Source: Patescibacteria group bacterium (GTDB taxonomy: Bacteria; Patescibacteriota; Dojkabacteria; JAKAPS01). From it: a stretch of 63,246 bases of DNA. Position numbers and translations under genes: made by a program. The number at the start of each line of letters is the position of its first letter. The first letter of the stretch is position 1. The DNA lies in contig JANWIC010000006.1 of NCBI GenBank assembly GCA_025450075.1, positions 1 to 63,246 of the forward strand. Reading direction: 5' to 3'. Shown piece by piece: positions 9,075 to 18,093 of the stretch. The notes under the pieces are model-generated. The model saw nothing but the letters and a program-made list of their open reading frames with translations, ran no database searches and had not been told where the DNA came from.

Positions 9075-10148
9075 ATGACAAAACCATTTGCAATTAAATT
9101 GATATCGTATATCATTTTTTTCCTTTTATTATTTCTTGTATTTGTACGATATGGAGATGGCATAGGTAATGGCGGAATTGTTGAAGGAATATCTTCAACT
9201 CAAACAACATCTGATTTTACACAAAGAATTTTGCAGGTGAAAGTTATATCCGGAAATTATTCTGGAAAAGAATTTGCAATTACGGATATTGCAAATGCAA
9301 ATACAAAAGATATTTACAAAATCGGAGATAAAGTTATGCTTACATTTGATTCTTCAAATGGGTCTACTCATGCATATATTGCTGATTGGGATAGAAGGCG
9401 TATTCTTATCTGGTTGACAATGCTCTTTATAATTTTAATCTCACTTATTGCCGGACGTCAGGGAATTCTTTCGATTCTAGGATTATTATTTTCACTTTCA
9501 ATAATTCTTCTATTTATCATTCCCCGAATCCTTAATGGAAACGACCCTTTCAGCTTATCTCTTCTAGCTTCACTTGCTATAATTCCGGTTACGTATCTTT
9601 TAAGTCATGGATTGTATAAAAAAACATGGGTAGCGATTGTATCTTCTATTGCCATTGTAGGCTTCATTGCGCTGATTTCTGATATCTTTATGAGTATTGC
9701 TAGGTTATCAAATATTGTACCAAGTGATGCATTGCAGGCGGTGAGTCTGCAACATGGATCATTGGATTTAAAAAGCATATTTCTTGCCGGCATTGTCATT
9801 GGTGGGATTGCAGTATTAAATGATATTACCATTTCACAAGCATCTGTTGTAGCAACACTTGTGGATGCAAATCCACAAATGAATAGAAAATCACTTTTTT
9901 CTCATGGGATGAGAGTAGGAAAAGACCATATTGCTTCTATGGTTAACACCTTAGTACTTGTATATATTGGTGCTTCTTTGACATCATTCCTACTCGTATT
10001 TCAGCCTAGTCAGCCATTTATCATAAATTTCAATTCACCAGTCATCGCTATGGAAATGGTAAGAACATTATGTGTGAGTATGGGTATCGTTTTAGCTGTA
10101 CCAATTACCACACTATTTGCCGCATTTGTTATGCAAAGGAAAAACTAA
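9075..10148 (+). CDS. YibE/F-family integral membrane protein
   Basis: N-terminal TM, then a soluble beta-rich segment, then about 7 TM helices. The LNDITISQASVVATL region matches my recollection of YibE/F. First ATG at 9075 (track: TTG 9066). Confidence 0.6.
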   Translation: MTKPFAIKLISYIIFFLLLFLVFVRYGDGIGNGGIVEGISSTQTTSDFTQRILQVKVISGNYSGKEFAITDIANANTKDIYKIGDKVMLTFDSSNGSTHAYIADWDRRRILIWLTMLFIILISLIAGRQGILSILGLLFSLSIILLFIIPRILNGNDPFSLSLLASLAIIPVTYLLSHGLYKKTWVAIVSSIAIVGFIALISDIFMSIARLSNIVPSDALQAVSLQHGSLDLKSIFLAGIVIGGIAVLNDITISQASVVATLVDANPQMNRKSLFSHGMRVGKDHIASMVNTLVLVYIGASLTSFLLVFQPSQPFIINFNSPVIAMEMVRTLCVSMGIVLAVPITTLFAAFVMQRKN

Positions 10149-10151
10149 TTC

Positions 10152-10181
10152 TTGTTGTCTATGACAAAATAAGCGTATAAT
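10152..10181 (+). promoter_or_regulatory. sigma70-like promoter candidate TTGTTG-18 nt-TATAAT
   Basis: -35 at 10152-10157 and -10 at 10176-10181, 20 nt upstream of the PAP2 ATG. Sequence inspection only. Confidence 0.3.
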
Positions 10182-10201
10182 GTGGTCCATAACACATCAA
10201 T

Positions 10202-10855
10202 ATGAAAACATTACAAAAATATATACCTCAAATTTCCCTACCTAAAATTTTTTCATTTACGAGTCCATATGTCTGGTTTATAGGATTGACATTTGTTCTT
10301 CTGGTGTATGTATTGCTTGGAAATAATAACGAGAAGATTTTTTTAAGTATTTTTAATCTCACGGGTTCAAATGGCTTACTTGATAAGACAATGATATTTG
10401 CAGCTGCATATATGTATTATGAAATTCTATTTCTTGTAGCAGTATTCATTTGGAAGCAAAGGAAAAGCGGGTATATGAAATATATTGTCGGATTTATATG
10501 TATGGGTGTTATCTCCTATATCTTATCCAAAATTGGAGCTCATTTTATCCATGATACGAGGCCGTATATACAATATAAACTGACACCGCTCATGCATGTT
10601 GCAACTGATAATGGTTTCCCTTCTGATCATACACTTCTTGTGATGTGTTCTGCAGTATTTGTATCATTTTTTGCAAAAAAAACTGGATGGTTTTTGTTTG
10701 TTCTCGCAATTCTAGTTGGATTTGCTAGAGTGTATGTTGCTGCTCACCATCCGCTAGATGTCATTGGAAGCATGGCAATTGTACTGATTGCATCCCTTCT
10801 ATTTATTGCAATAAGTAGCATTATTCATTCTCAAAGTAATCCAGAAACTGCATGA
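10202..10855 (+). CDS. PAP2-superfamily phosphatase (BcrC-like undecaprenyl-diphosphatase candidate)
   Basis: PAP2 motifs K..(9)..RP (KIGAHFIHDTRP), PSDH and ARVYVAAHHPLD. Multi-TM. Confidence 0.8.
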   Translation: MKTLQKYIPQISLPKIFSFTSPYVWFIGLTFVLLVYVLLGNNNEKIFLSIFNLTGSNGLLDKTMIFAAAYMYYEILFLVAVFIWKQRKSGYMKYIVGFICMGVISYILSKIGAHFIHDTRPYIQYKLTPLMHVATDNGFPSDHTLLVMCSAVFVSFFAKKTGWFLFVLAILVGFARVYVAAHHPLDVIGSMAIVLIASLLFIAISSIIHSQSNPETA

Positions 10856-12309
10856 CAAAGAAGAAAATAGTCTCTATTGCCTGCCTTGTACTGCTCTTTA
10901 TTATTATCAAGCTTCCCTCAGTTATAGAACCTGTATGGGTATTTGATGAGGGTATCTATAGCGCAATAGGACATTTTCTTCTTGTCCATGGAAATATTTT
11001 ATATGCCAATGCATGGGATAACAAACCGCCAAGCATATATTATCTCTTTATGGTTTCACGAATGTTTTGGGGATATAGCATAGTTCCGTTACGTATCTTT
11101 TTGCTACTTCTTGAAGCAGGTGAATGTGCGTTGGTATATAAACTTGTACGTTTCTGGTTTCCTGTTTCCTCATGGGTATATGCTGCAACGTCAGTTGGTA
11201 TCTTACTACTCTTTTTCTTCTTTGATGGAAATATCGTAAACGGTGAAGTACTATTTATGTTTTTTTCAATCGCATCTTTGTATATATCAAGAAAATTTGA
11301 ACACACTTCCCTATTTCTCATGTTACTTGCAGGATTATGTATGGGTATTGGGATAAGCATAAAAATAACGGCTGCATGTGATATGGCAGCATTTATTGCG
11401 GCTTTTCTTATGATTGCCCAAACTAAAGCATTGAATAAAATCGTCTTTTATATAAGCGGTATTATTACGCCACTTCTTTTGTATGGATTATATTTTCTTA
11501 TTCAGAACCATTTTGGTGATTATTTGAATGCATTACTTTATTCAAACAAAGATTATGTTGCAGCATATAACACAACTTCCCTTATTCATATCAACTCTTT
11601 TTATATTCATATATTTTTCCTATTTGTATCATTAGCTATACTGTATGTAATCAGAAAGAAATTTCATCCAGTAATGTTGTTTTTAATTATATGGATAATT
11701 TTTGCATGTTTTTCTACACTCATTTCGGCACGTCCGTATTTCCATTATTTAATGCAATTGGCACTGCCAGTAAGCTTACTTAGTGTAGTATTATGGATGA
11801 AAATAAAATGGAAAACTTTCCTTTTTGTGTTCTTTCTTTTTTTGTTTTCCTTGTATTTTTACAGGAATGGAGCATACTTTTTTACCTATGCATCTATGCA
11901 GCAAAAGGTTGCATCTTATTGGAATACATATAGTTATCTAGTAGGAAAACAGACTGAAAATCAATATGTATCATCCTTCAGCATTGCTCAAAGTATTTCA
12001 ACATATGACCTGTTAAGCATAACGGCATATATAAATAGTCTCAAAAAACAATCAATTTTTATCTGGGGAGATGTACCATGGCTATATGCTACAGTTAAAG
12101 CTGATCCGCAATGCACATTTACAAGCCGTTATTATATTGATTCCTCACTTCTTCCACAAACAACCGAGTGTATCATAAAACACAAGCCTCAGATCATTGT
12201 CGATCAGGATGGAAAGAATTATGCCTTTCTCTCTTCTAATGATGAAAGGTATTATATGCTAAGTAAAAATTTCCCCCATTTGCATTTGAGCATATATATA
12301 AGAAGATAA
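10852..12309 (+). CDS. GT-C fold glycosyltransferase (ArnT/PMT, GT39/GT83-like)
   Basis: About 12 TM helices, acidic DEGIY motif in the first loop, WDNKPP, and a C-terminal soluble domain. ATGA start/stop overlap with the PAP2 gene. Confidence 0.6.
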   Translation: MTKKKIVSIACLVLLFIIIKLPSVIEPVWVFDEGIYSAIGHFLLVHGNILYANAWDNKPPSIYYLFMVSRMFWGYSIVPLRIFLLLLEAGECALVYKLVRFWFPVSSWVYAATSVGILLLFFFFDGNIVNGEVLFMFFSIASLYISRKFEHTSLFLMLLAGLCMGIGISIKITAACDMAAFIAAFLMIAQTKALNKIVFYISGIITPLLLYGLYFLIQNHFGDYLNALLYSNKDYVAAYNTTSLIHINSFYIHIFFLFVSLAILYVIRKKFHPVMLFLIIWIIFACFSTLISARPYFHYLMQLALPVSLLSVVLWMKIKWKTFLFVFFLFLFSLYFYRNGAYFFTYASMQQKVASYWNTYSYLVGKQTENQYVSSFSIAQSISTYDLLSITAYINSLKKQSIFIWGDVPWLYATVKADPQCTFTSRYYIDSSLLPQTTECIIKHKPQIIVDQDGKNYAFLSSNDERYYMLSKNFPHLHLSIYIRR

Positions 12310-12335
12310 TGCATTCGTAGGGTATTTAGTATATA

Positions 12336-13622
12336 ATGCGGCAAACCAAAACTATGGCAGATTACATTGAATCTGGTGCTGTGGTCCCACCTGTGGAAAC
12401 AACACATAGAGAGTCATTTGATGAAATGATAGCACAACGGATGTTATCTACACTCAATACTATGATTTCTCTTATTACTGAAGGAAGATTTCCTTTTCAA
12501 ATATCTTTGGATGCCAATTCCCGTCTTCAATATTATATCCATCAGATATATAAAAAAGATATCTCTCCAAATATTCCTGAGGTATCGGTAACAGTAAAAA
12601 CATATCATAAAACTGAATTTAATGAGGATAGTTTGGGGGGATATCGTAAAGGGTATCCTGGAGAGAGAGCAATGAATCAAACTCCATCCCATTTAAAAAA
12701 TGAAACGTCATTGACTGGTGGGGTGCTCTATGTCCACAGTGAAGTAATTAGCCCTGAAGATCATTCACAGGGGTATTTGATAAACCTTTTACACAAGCAT
12801 TGGCTATACTTACAAACAAGGGCTAGTTCAGATGTGGTAGATCCGCTTGATAGATTACTTCTGGATGTGGGACCAGAAAAATTCGCAAGAAGTATGAAAA
12901 CATTCACAACTATGCATGCAAAGTATGGTAATGACTATGCAAATCGATATACATCTAGTCCTTATGAATTGCACTTGTATAATGAAAGACACGATGAAAC
13001 CTTACATGAAATTATAATGAAATTTGATATGCAAGGAAGATTAGTCAGAGCAGTTGTGATAAGAGAAATGCGTGAAGAAGAAAATAGATTCCTGCTGCAT
13101 ACAATGTTGGTTTTTAGAAATCAAGAACTAGTCTATTTCATGCAGCAGGAACCAGACGGAACATTTTTCCAAAGGAATGGAATATATCTTATTCCACCTT
13201 GGATATATGAGGCATATACTGATTATCTTGTTGGCAATCGTATTGAACCATGTAATATTCAAGATAGCGACGTATTACGATGGTGTTTTGAAAGAGCTCG
13301 AAGGGGAAGGCTATATGCACCTATTGCTAAGATACATGTTTATCGACTACCGCATAGAAGTATAAACAATTATTCAAGATATACTCCTAATGATCTTGCT
13401 TTCAGGAGACAAATTGACGAAAAGAAATTAAGAATTCTTCTTGCAACACGTACAAAGAAGGAGAAAATTCAGGGATTTAGATGGAGAAAAGGAAGAAAGC
13501 CATATGTCGGCAACTCTTCTATTTTTAGAGATAATGGATCAATCTATTTAATAGATAATAGAAATAAAAGAATGTTAACAGAAGATGAAGGGAAGCGATT
13601 GCTGTGGGAATGGGGAATGTAA
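12336..13622 (+). CDS. hypothetical protein (orphan, 428 aa, basic C-terminus)
   Basis: Long ORF with no motif I recognise. The ATG at 12336 overlaps a TATAAT (12332-12337), so ATG 12354 (MADYIESG) is an alternative start. Confidence 0.7.
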   Translation: MRQTKTMADYIESGAVVPPVETTHRESFDEMIAQRMLSTLNTMISLITEGRFPFQISLDANSRLQYYIHQIYKKDISPNIPEVSVTVKTYHKTEFNEDSLGGYRKGYPGERAMNQTPSHLKNETSLTGGVLYVHSEVISPEDHSQGYLINLLHKHWLYLQTRASSDVVDPLDRLLLDVGPEKFARSMKTFTTMHAKYGNDYANRYTSSPYELHLYNERHDETLHEIIMKFDMQGRLVRAVVIREMREEENRFLLHTMLVFRNQELVYFMQQEPDGTFFQRNGIYLIPPWIYEAYTDYLVGNRIEPCNIQDSDVLRWCFERARRGRLYAPIAKIHVYRLPHRSINNYSRYTPNDLAFRRQIDEKKLRILLATRTKKEKIQGFRWRKGRKPYVGNSSIFRDNGSIYLIDNRNKRMLTEDEGKRLLWEWGM

Positions 13623-13626
13623 AGTT

Positions 13627-13654
13627 TTGCAAATAAATTAAAGTACTATATAAT
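13627..13654 (+). promoter_or_regulatory. sigma70-like promoter candidate TTGCAA-16 nt-TATAAT
   Basis: -35 at 13627-13632 and -10 at 13649-13654. The ATG of the deaminase gene is only 11 nt downstream, implying a very short leader or none. Confidence 0.3.
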
Positions 13655-13665
13655 ATCTATATTAC

Positions 13666-14145
13666 ATGTTGAGTATGAAAAGTGATGAAGAAATAATGCA
13701 GGAGTTGGTCAAATATGCACATTTAAAGATAGTAAAAAATAATGCATATCCATTTTGTACCTTTATTGTAAAAAACGGGGTTATTCTTGCAAAGGGATAT
13801 AATATCAGAGTGAATGCGTATGGGGATAAAACAATGCATGGTGAGATGGAAGCAATGAGACGAGCAACGACTGCACTGGCGAATAATCTCGACTTGTCAG
13901 GTTGTACTCTCTACTCTACATGCGAACCATGTCTTGCATGCTTCGAAAGTGCATTATGGACGAAGACCAAAAGGTTTGTAATAGGTATTACTCATGATGA
14001 TTTTCCTGAATATTTTCATGACCATCCCTATACTATTGAAGATTATGAAATAGACAATCCGGGAGATATTGAAGTTGTAAGGAACGTATGTCATGAACAA
14101 AATATTAATCTTTTTCAATTAGCAAAAGAAATTTATGGATGGTAG
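13666..14145 (+). CDS. CDA-fold zinc deaminase, GuaD/TadA-like (guanine deaminase-like)
   Basis: H-x-E (MHGEMEA, nt 13837-13845) and PCxxC (EPCLAC, nt 13927-13941) zinc/catalytic motifs. Length and C-terminal region resemble B. subtilis GuaD. Confidence 0.8.
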   Translation: MLSMKSDEEIMQELVKYAHLKIVKNNAYPFCTFIVKNGVILAKGYNIRVNAYGDKTMHGEMEAMRRATTALANNLDLSGCTLYSTCEPCLACFESALWTKTKRFVIGITHDDFPEYFHDHPYTIEDYEIDNPGDIEVVRNVCHEQNINLFQLAKEIYGW

Positions 14146-14608
14146 TCACGAAGAAATAGTAAGAGAACTAATTTCATTTGGTAGAAAAATTGCTACTGAC
14201 ATGAAAATGTTTCCATATGTCTCTTTTTTAGTAAAGGATGGTGTTATCGTTGCAAGAGGAAATAACGAAAATTTAGATGGGGATATCTCTTTACAAGATA
14301 TGGTTGTTACAATTCGCAGAGCACAAGATGCAATAGAATCAGGTGACTTAACCGGATATGTCATGTATTCATTTTTTGAGCCGACCCTTACAGGTTTTGA
14401 TGTTGCTTTATGGGCAGGTGTAAAAGATTTTGTCTGGGCTGTCCCATCAACACTCTATCCACAACTCTATTCTAGAATAAAGTATAGGCCATCAGATTAT
14501 GCGAAAGCTCATCCTGATACTATTCGCTTAGTTGAAGGGGTACTTCAAAATGAAGCAGTTGCATTTCTTGATGAGATAAAAGAAAAGGGATATTGGGCTA
14601 CAGTTTAA
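14135..14608 (+). CDS. catalytically dead paralogue of the upstream deaminase
   Basis: Aligns by eye with the upstream protein (PFCTFIVKNGVILAKG / PYVSFLVKDGVIVARG; MRRA / IRRA; ALW / ALW). However, HGE is replaced by QDM and EPCLAC by EPTLTG, so all Zn ligands and the catalytic Glu are lost. 11-nt overlap with the upstream gene. Confidence 0.7.
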   Translation: MDGSHEEIVRELISFGRKIATDMKMFPYVSFLVKDGVIVARGNNENLDGDISLQDMVVTIRRAQDAIESGDLTGYVMYSFFEPTLTGFDVALWAGVKDFVWAVPSTLYPQLYSRIKYRPSDYAKAHPDTIRLVEGVLQNEAVAFLDEIKEKGYWATV

Positions 14609-14754
14609 TCTGCAATAAATGAAAATTCCTTAATATTTATATTCTCAATATCGATAGAAAATAAATCTTTTCTGATAGATGTATCTGCTCCAATTATGTT
14701 CTCCCCAAGTAAAGTATTTATGGAGATTAACCAAAATTTTGCTATACTTACCAT

Positions 14755-15606
14755 ATGAATGAAAATAGAACCGTTAATTTATCTGACAAAAGAAAACTTG
14801 GATTTGCTGAATATGGAGATCTTCATGGTTTTCCCCTCTTCTTTTTCCATGGATGGCCATCTTCCCGACTTCAAGCAAGTATTTTTGATAGTAGGGCAAA
14901 AAAGTTAGGTATACATGTTATTTCAGTAGATAGGCCTGGATATGGATTATCTGATCTTAAGAAGAATAGACAACTACTTGATTGGCCTGATGATGTAAGT
15001 GAGCTTGCAGACCAGCTTAAAATTGGGAAGTTCTCTATTCTTGGTAATTCGGGTGGTGGCCCTTATTCAGCTGTGTGTGCATATAAAATTCAAAATCGAA
15101 TTGTGAAGGCTGGGATAAGTGTTGGGCTCGCACCTGTGTATATTAAAAATATACTGGATGAATTACCACTTATGGGAAAAATTGGTTGGGCAAATTATGC
15201 GCAAGTTCCGCTTTTGCCATATATTAGTTCGGAGATACTTGCAATTGAATCAAAATATTTTTCTTGGCTTACAACTTATGCATATGCAGCTAAGGTTGAT
15301 AGATTAGTGTGGAAAAATTTAAAAGGATATGATCGGTTAAGGAATAACAAAGAAGCATTTAGGCAAGGAGTTATGGGTGCGGTAGAGGATCTTAAAATAT
15401 ATTCCCATGAGTGGGGATTTGATATGACCAGAATTTCATGTTCAGTAGATTTATGGTATGGAGAAAAGGATAAGAATGTGCCACTATCTATGGGAGAATA
15501 TTATCATTCACATATTCCCAATTCTCATTTAATAATTTATCCAAATGAAGGACATACATTGGTTGTCAATCATCTGGATGAGATCTTGACGGCTTTAAAG
15601 GAGTAG
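14755..15606 (+). CDS. alpha/beta-fold hydrolase
   Basis: FFHGWPSS oxyanion motif, nucleophile elbow GNSGGG and a C-terminal EGH His. Confidence 0.8.
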   Translation: MNENRTVNLSDKRKLGFAEYGDLHGFPLFFFHGWPSSRLQASIFDSRAKKLGIHVISVDRPGYGLSDLKKNRQLLDWPDDVSELADQLKIGKFSILGNSGGGPYSAVCAYKIQNRIVKAGISVGLAPVYIKNILDELPLMGKIGWANYAQVPLLPYISSEILAIESKYFSWLTTYAYAAKVDRLVWKNLKGYDRLRNNKEAFRQGVMGAVEDLKIYSHEWGFDMTRISCSVDLWYGEKDKNVPLSMGEYYHSHIPNSHLIIYPNEGHTLVVNHLDEILTALKE

Positions 15607-15663
15607 TAGTCCTTTAAAGGGTTTGTTTAACGTGCTACAATCAAATTATTATATATCCAAAAT

Positions 15664-17043
15664 ATGCTTACACTAACCTCTTACGATCCTGCAAAGAATT
15701 TTCTCCCTATTGGAGATGTAGCAGTTTCAACTGATGAAGAAATTATTGAAAAAGTGGTACTTGCAAGAAATGCACAAAAGGAATGGAGAAATATAGGAAT
15801 TGAAAGACGAATTGAACTTCTTCGTGAAGTATATAACGCATTATTTGAAAGGAAAGAAGAAATTGGAACAATTGCAACAAGGGAAATGGGTTTTCCAAAA
15901 AAGCAACAAAGTGATTTTGATTTAGGAGATGGCTTTAACTATTTCAATTGGTATTTGGATAACGCAAAAAAGATATTAACGCCGGAAGTTACATTTGAGA
16001 GTGAAGTAGAATTACATACCGTGTTTTATGAACCGATAGGTGTTGCAGCCATAATCCAGCCTTGGAACTTTCCGTTCTGTCAATGGTCATGGTCAGTTGT
16101 CCCCAATTTAGTTGTAGGAAATACGGTCGTCTTCAAGCATTCCGAAGAATGTCCGCTAACAGGAAAACTTATAGAAGAAATTATTCAGAGCACAAATCTA
16201 CCAAAAGGAGTATTTAATGAAGTTTATGGCGGGGCTGAAGTTGGACAATCGCTAGTAGAGCAGGATATTAACCTGGTTTGCTTTACTGGAAGTGTAAAAT
16301 CAGGCCAGAAAGTTTATGAAGCAGCATCAAGAAAATTCGTGAAAGCAATTTTAGAACTAGGTGGATCAGCTCCTTGTATTGTATGTGAAGATGTAGATAT
16401 GGACGAAATTGCGCCAATCATATATGTGCAACGATTTACAAACAATGGGCAAATATGCGATGGATTAAAGCGTCTCATTGTTCATGAATCACGTTTTGAT
16501 GAATTAGTACGAGCAATAAAGGATATAATAGAAGAGAAAAAAGTTGGTGATCCTTTGCTTGAAGAAACTGAATTCGGTCCTTTAAGTGCAAAACGACAAT
16601 TAGATTTATTAAATGAACAAGTAGAGGATGCTGTAATGAAAGGTGCAACCGTCATAACCGGTGGTAAGAGAGTGGAAAACTTGGATGGAGCATACTATTA
16701 CCCCACTCTCTTAACCAATGTTACACCAAACATGCGAGTATGGAATGAAGAAGTATTTGGACCTGTGCTTCCTGTAATGTCTTACAAAACAGAAGAAGAA
16801 GCTTTATCAAATGCCAATGATACCAGTTTTGGATTGGGAGGCTATATATACAGTAGAGATATTGAACGAGCTGAAAGAATTGCTTCAAAACTTGAAACAG
16901 GAATGGTAAGTATTAATGGAATTAATTATGTTTGTCCATTTAATCCTTTTGGAGGAGTAAAGAGTTCAGGCTTTGGAAGAGAGCATGGAAAATTTGGTCT
17001 TCATGATTTAACACAACTTAAATTAGTAGTGAGGAATAAATAA
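15664..17043 (+). CDS. NAD(P)-dependent aldehyde dehydrogenase
   Basis: ELGGSAP and catalytic Cys context NNGQICDG, FTGS, EEVFGPV motifs. Confidence 0.9.
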   Translation: MLTLTSYDPAKNFLPIGDVAVSTDEEIIEKVVLARNAQKEWRNIGIERRIELLREVYNALFERKEEIGTIATREMGFPKKQQSDFDLGDGFNYFNWYLDNAKKILTPEVTFESEVELHTVFYEPIGVAAIIQPWNFPFCQWSWSVVPNLVVGNTVVFKHSEECPLTGKLIEEIIQSTNLPKGVFNEVYGGAEVGQSLVEQDINLVCFTGSVKSGQKVYEAASRKFVKAILELGGSAPCIVCEDVDMDEIAPIIYVQRFTNNGQICDGLKRLIVHESRFDELVRAIKDIIEEKKVGDPLLEETEFGPLSAKRQLDLLNEQVEDAVMKGATVITGGKRVENLDGAYYYPTLLTNVTPNMRVWNEEVFGPVLPVMSYKTEEEALSNANDTSFGLGGYIYSRDIERAERIASKLETGMVSINGINYVCPFNPFGGVKSSGFGREHGKFGLHDLTQLKLVVRNK

Positions 17044-17558
17044 TGGGAAAAGCATTATTTGTTATAGATCTTGAAAATGAATGGATCAATGAACAATCAG
17101 AATACTATATCGGTGATATGACTCAGCTTGTAGAAAATGTAAACAGGTTGATTGAGTTTGAGAGAAATAATGGAACGAAAATTCTTTTTATCCGGCATGT
17201 AGAAAAAGATTCTACTGAAGCATTTGCAGAAAACTCACCAAATACTGAGCTTATTGGATCATTGCAAAGGAATGATACAGATACCATCATTACCAAATAC
17301 AAAATTAATCCATTTTATATGACTGATCTTGAAAAAGCGCTAGAAGGAATTGATGAAATAATTCTATGTGGTGTGCTGACAAATTTATGTGTCAGGATGA
17401 GTGCAGAAGAAGCATATGATCGAGATTATGGAGTAACGATATTAGCAGATTGCTGTATGAGCTATGATGCTATTACCCATACATTTACACTTGATGATTT
17501 GGTAACTACCAGACCTGAAATAGTGATAACTGAACTTTCGGAGTATATTCAACAATAA
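17043..17558 (+). CDS. isochorismatase-family cysteine hydrolase (nicotinamidase-like)
   Basis: LCGVLTNLCVRMSAEEA catalytic Cys motif. TAATG stop/start overlap with the aldehyde dehydrogenase gene. Confidence 0.8.
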   Translation: MGKALFVIDLENEWINEQSEYYIGDMTQLVENVNRLIEFERNNGTKILFIRHVEKDSTEAFAENSPNTELIGSLQRNDTDTIITKYKINPFYMTDLEKALEGIDEIILCGVLTNLCVRMSAEEAYDRDYGVTILADCCMSYDAITHTFTLDDLVTTRPEIVITELSEYIQQ

Positions 17559-17575
17559 TATATTTTTACATACCT

Positions 17576-18070
17576 ATGGTATACAAAAATCTCATTACCT
17601 CATGTGCCAGAAGTTGGAATTTTGTCCGAAGTGAAACATTAAACATTTTACAATCACTTGATGATGATAAACTCCAGTACAAACCTGAAGGAGAAAAATG
17701 GCAACCGCTCTTTTGGGAGTTTGGATGTATAGGAAGTACGCAATTAGTATATGCAGATGCAATTAAATCTGGACAAATGAATTTTTCTTTATTCCAATCT
17801 GATATAATTCCAGATAAAAATGCATATAAAACAAAGAAAGAAATACTTTCATTTCTTGAAGAATCGGATCATACATGGATTGAAGCAATCAGATCCAGAA
17901 GAAGAGAAGAAGATTACTTTGTTAAATGGCCTGGTTTTAGCCAACCCCTTCCTGTCCATATTACTTCTCTCGTCTCACATGAAAGATTACATCATGGAGA
18001 ATTTATCTCATATTTCACGTTAGCGGGATTTGAAATGCCAAAGGAATTTAAAATGAATTGGGCGTTATAA
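17576..18070 (+). CDS. DinB-superfamily (DinB_2-like) protein
   Basis: Four-helix-bundle size. C-terminal SHERLHHGEF resembles the DinB His triad region. Confidence 0.5.
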   Translation: MVYKNLITSCARSWNFVRSETLNILQSLDDDKLQYKPEGEKWQPLFWEFGCIGSTQLVYADAIKSGQMNFSLFQSDIIPDKNAYKTKKEILSFLEESDHTWIEAIRSRRREEDYFVKWPGFSQPLPVHITSLVSHERLHHGEFISYFTLAGFEMPKEFKMNWAL

Positions 18071-18093
18071 ATAGTATTACAACTTATATTATA

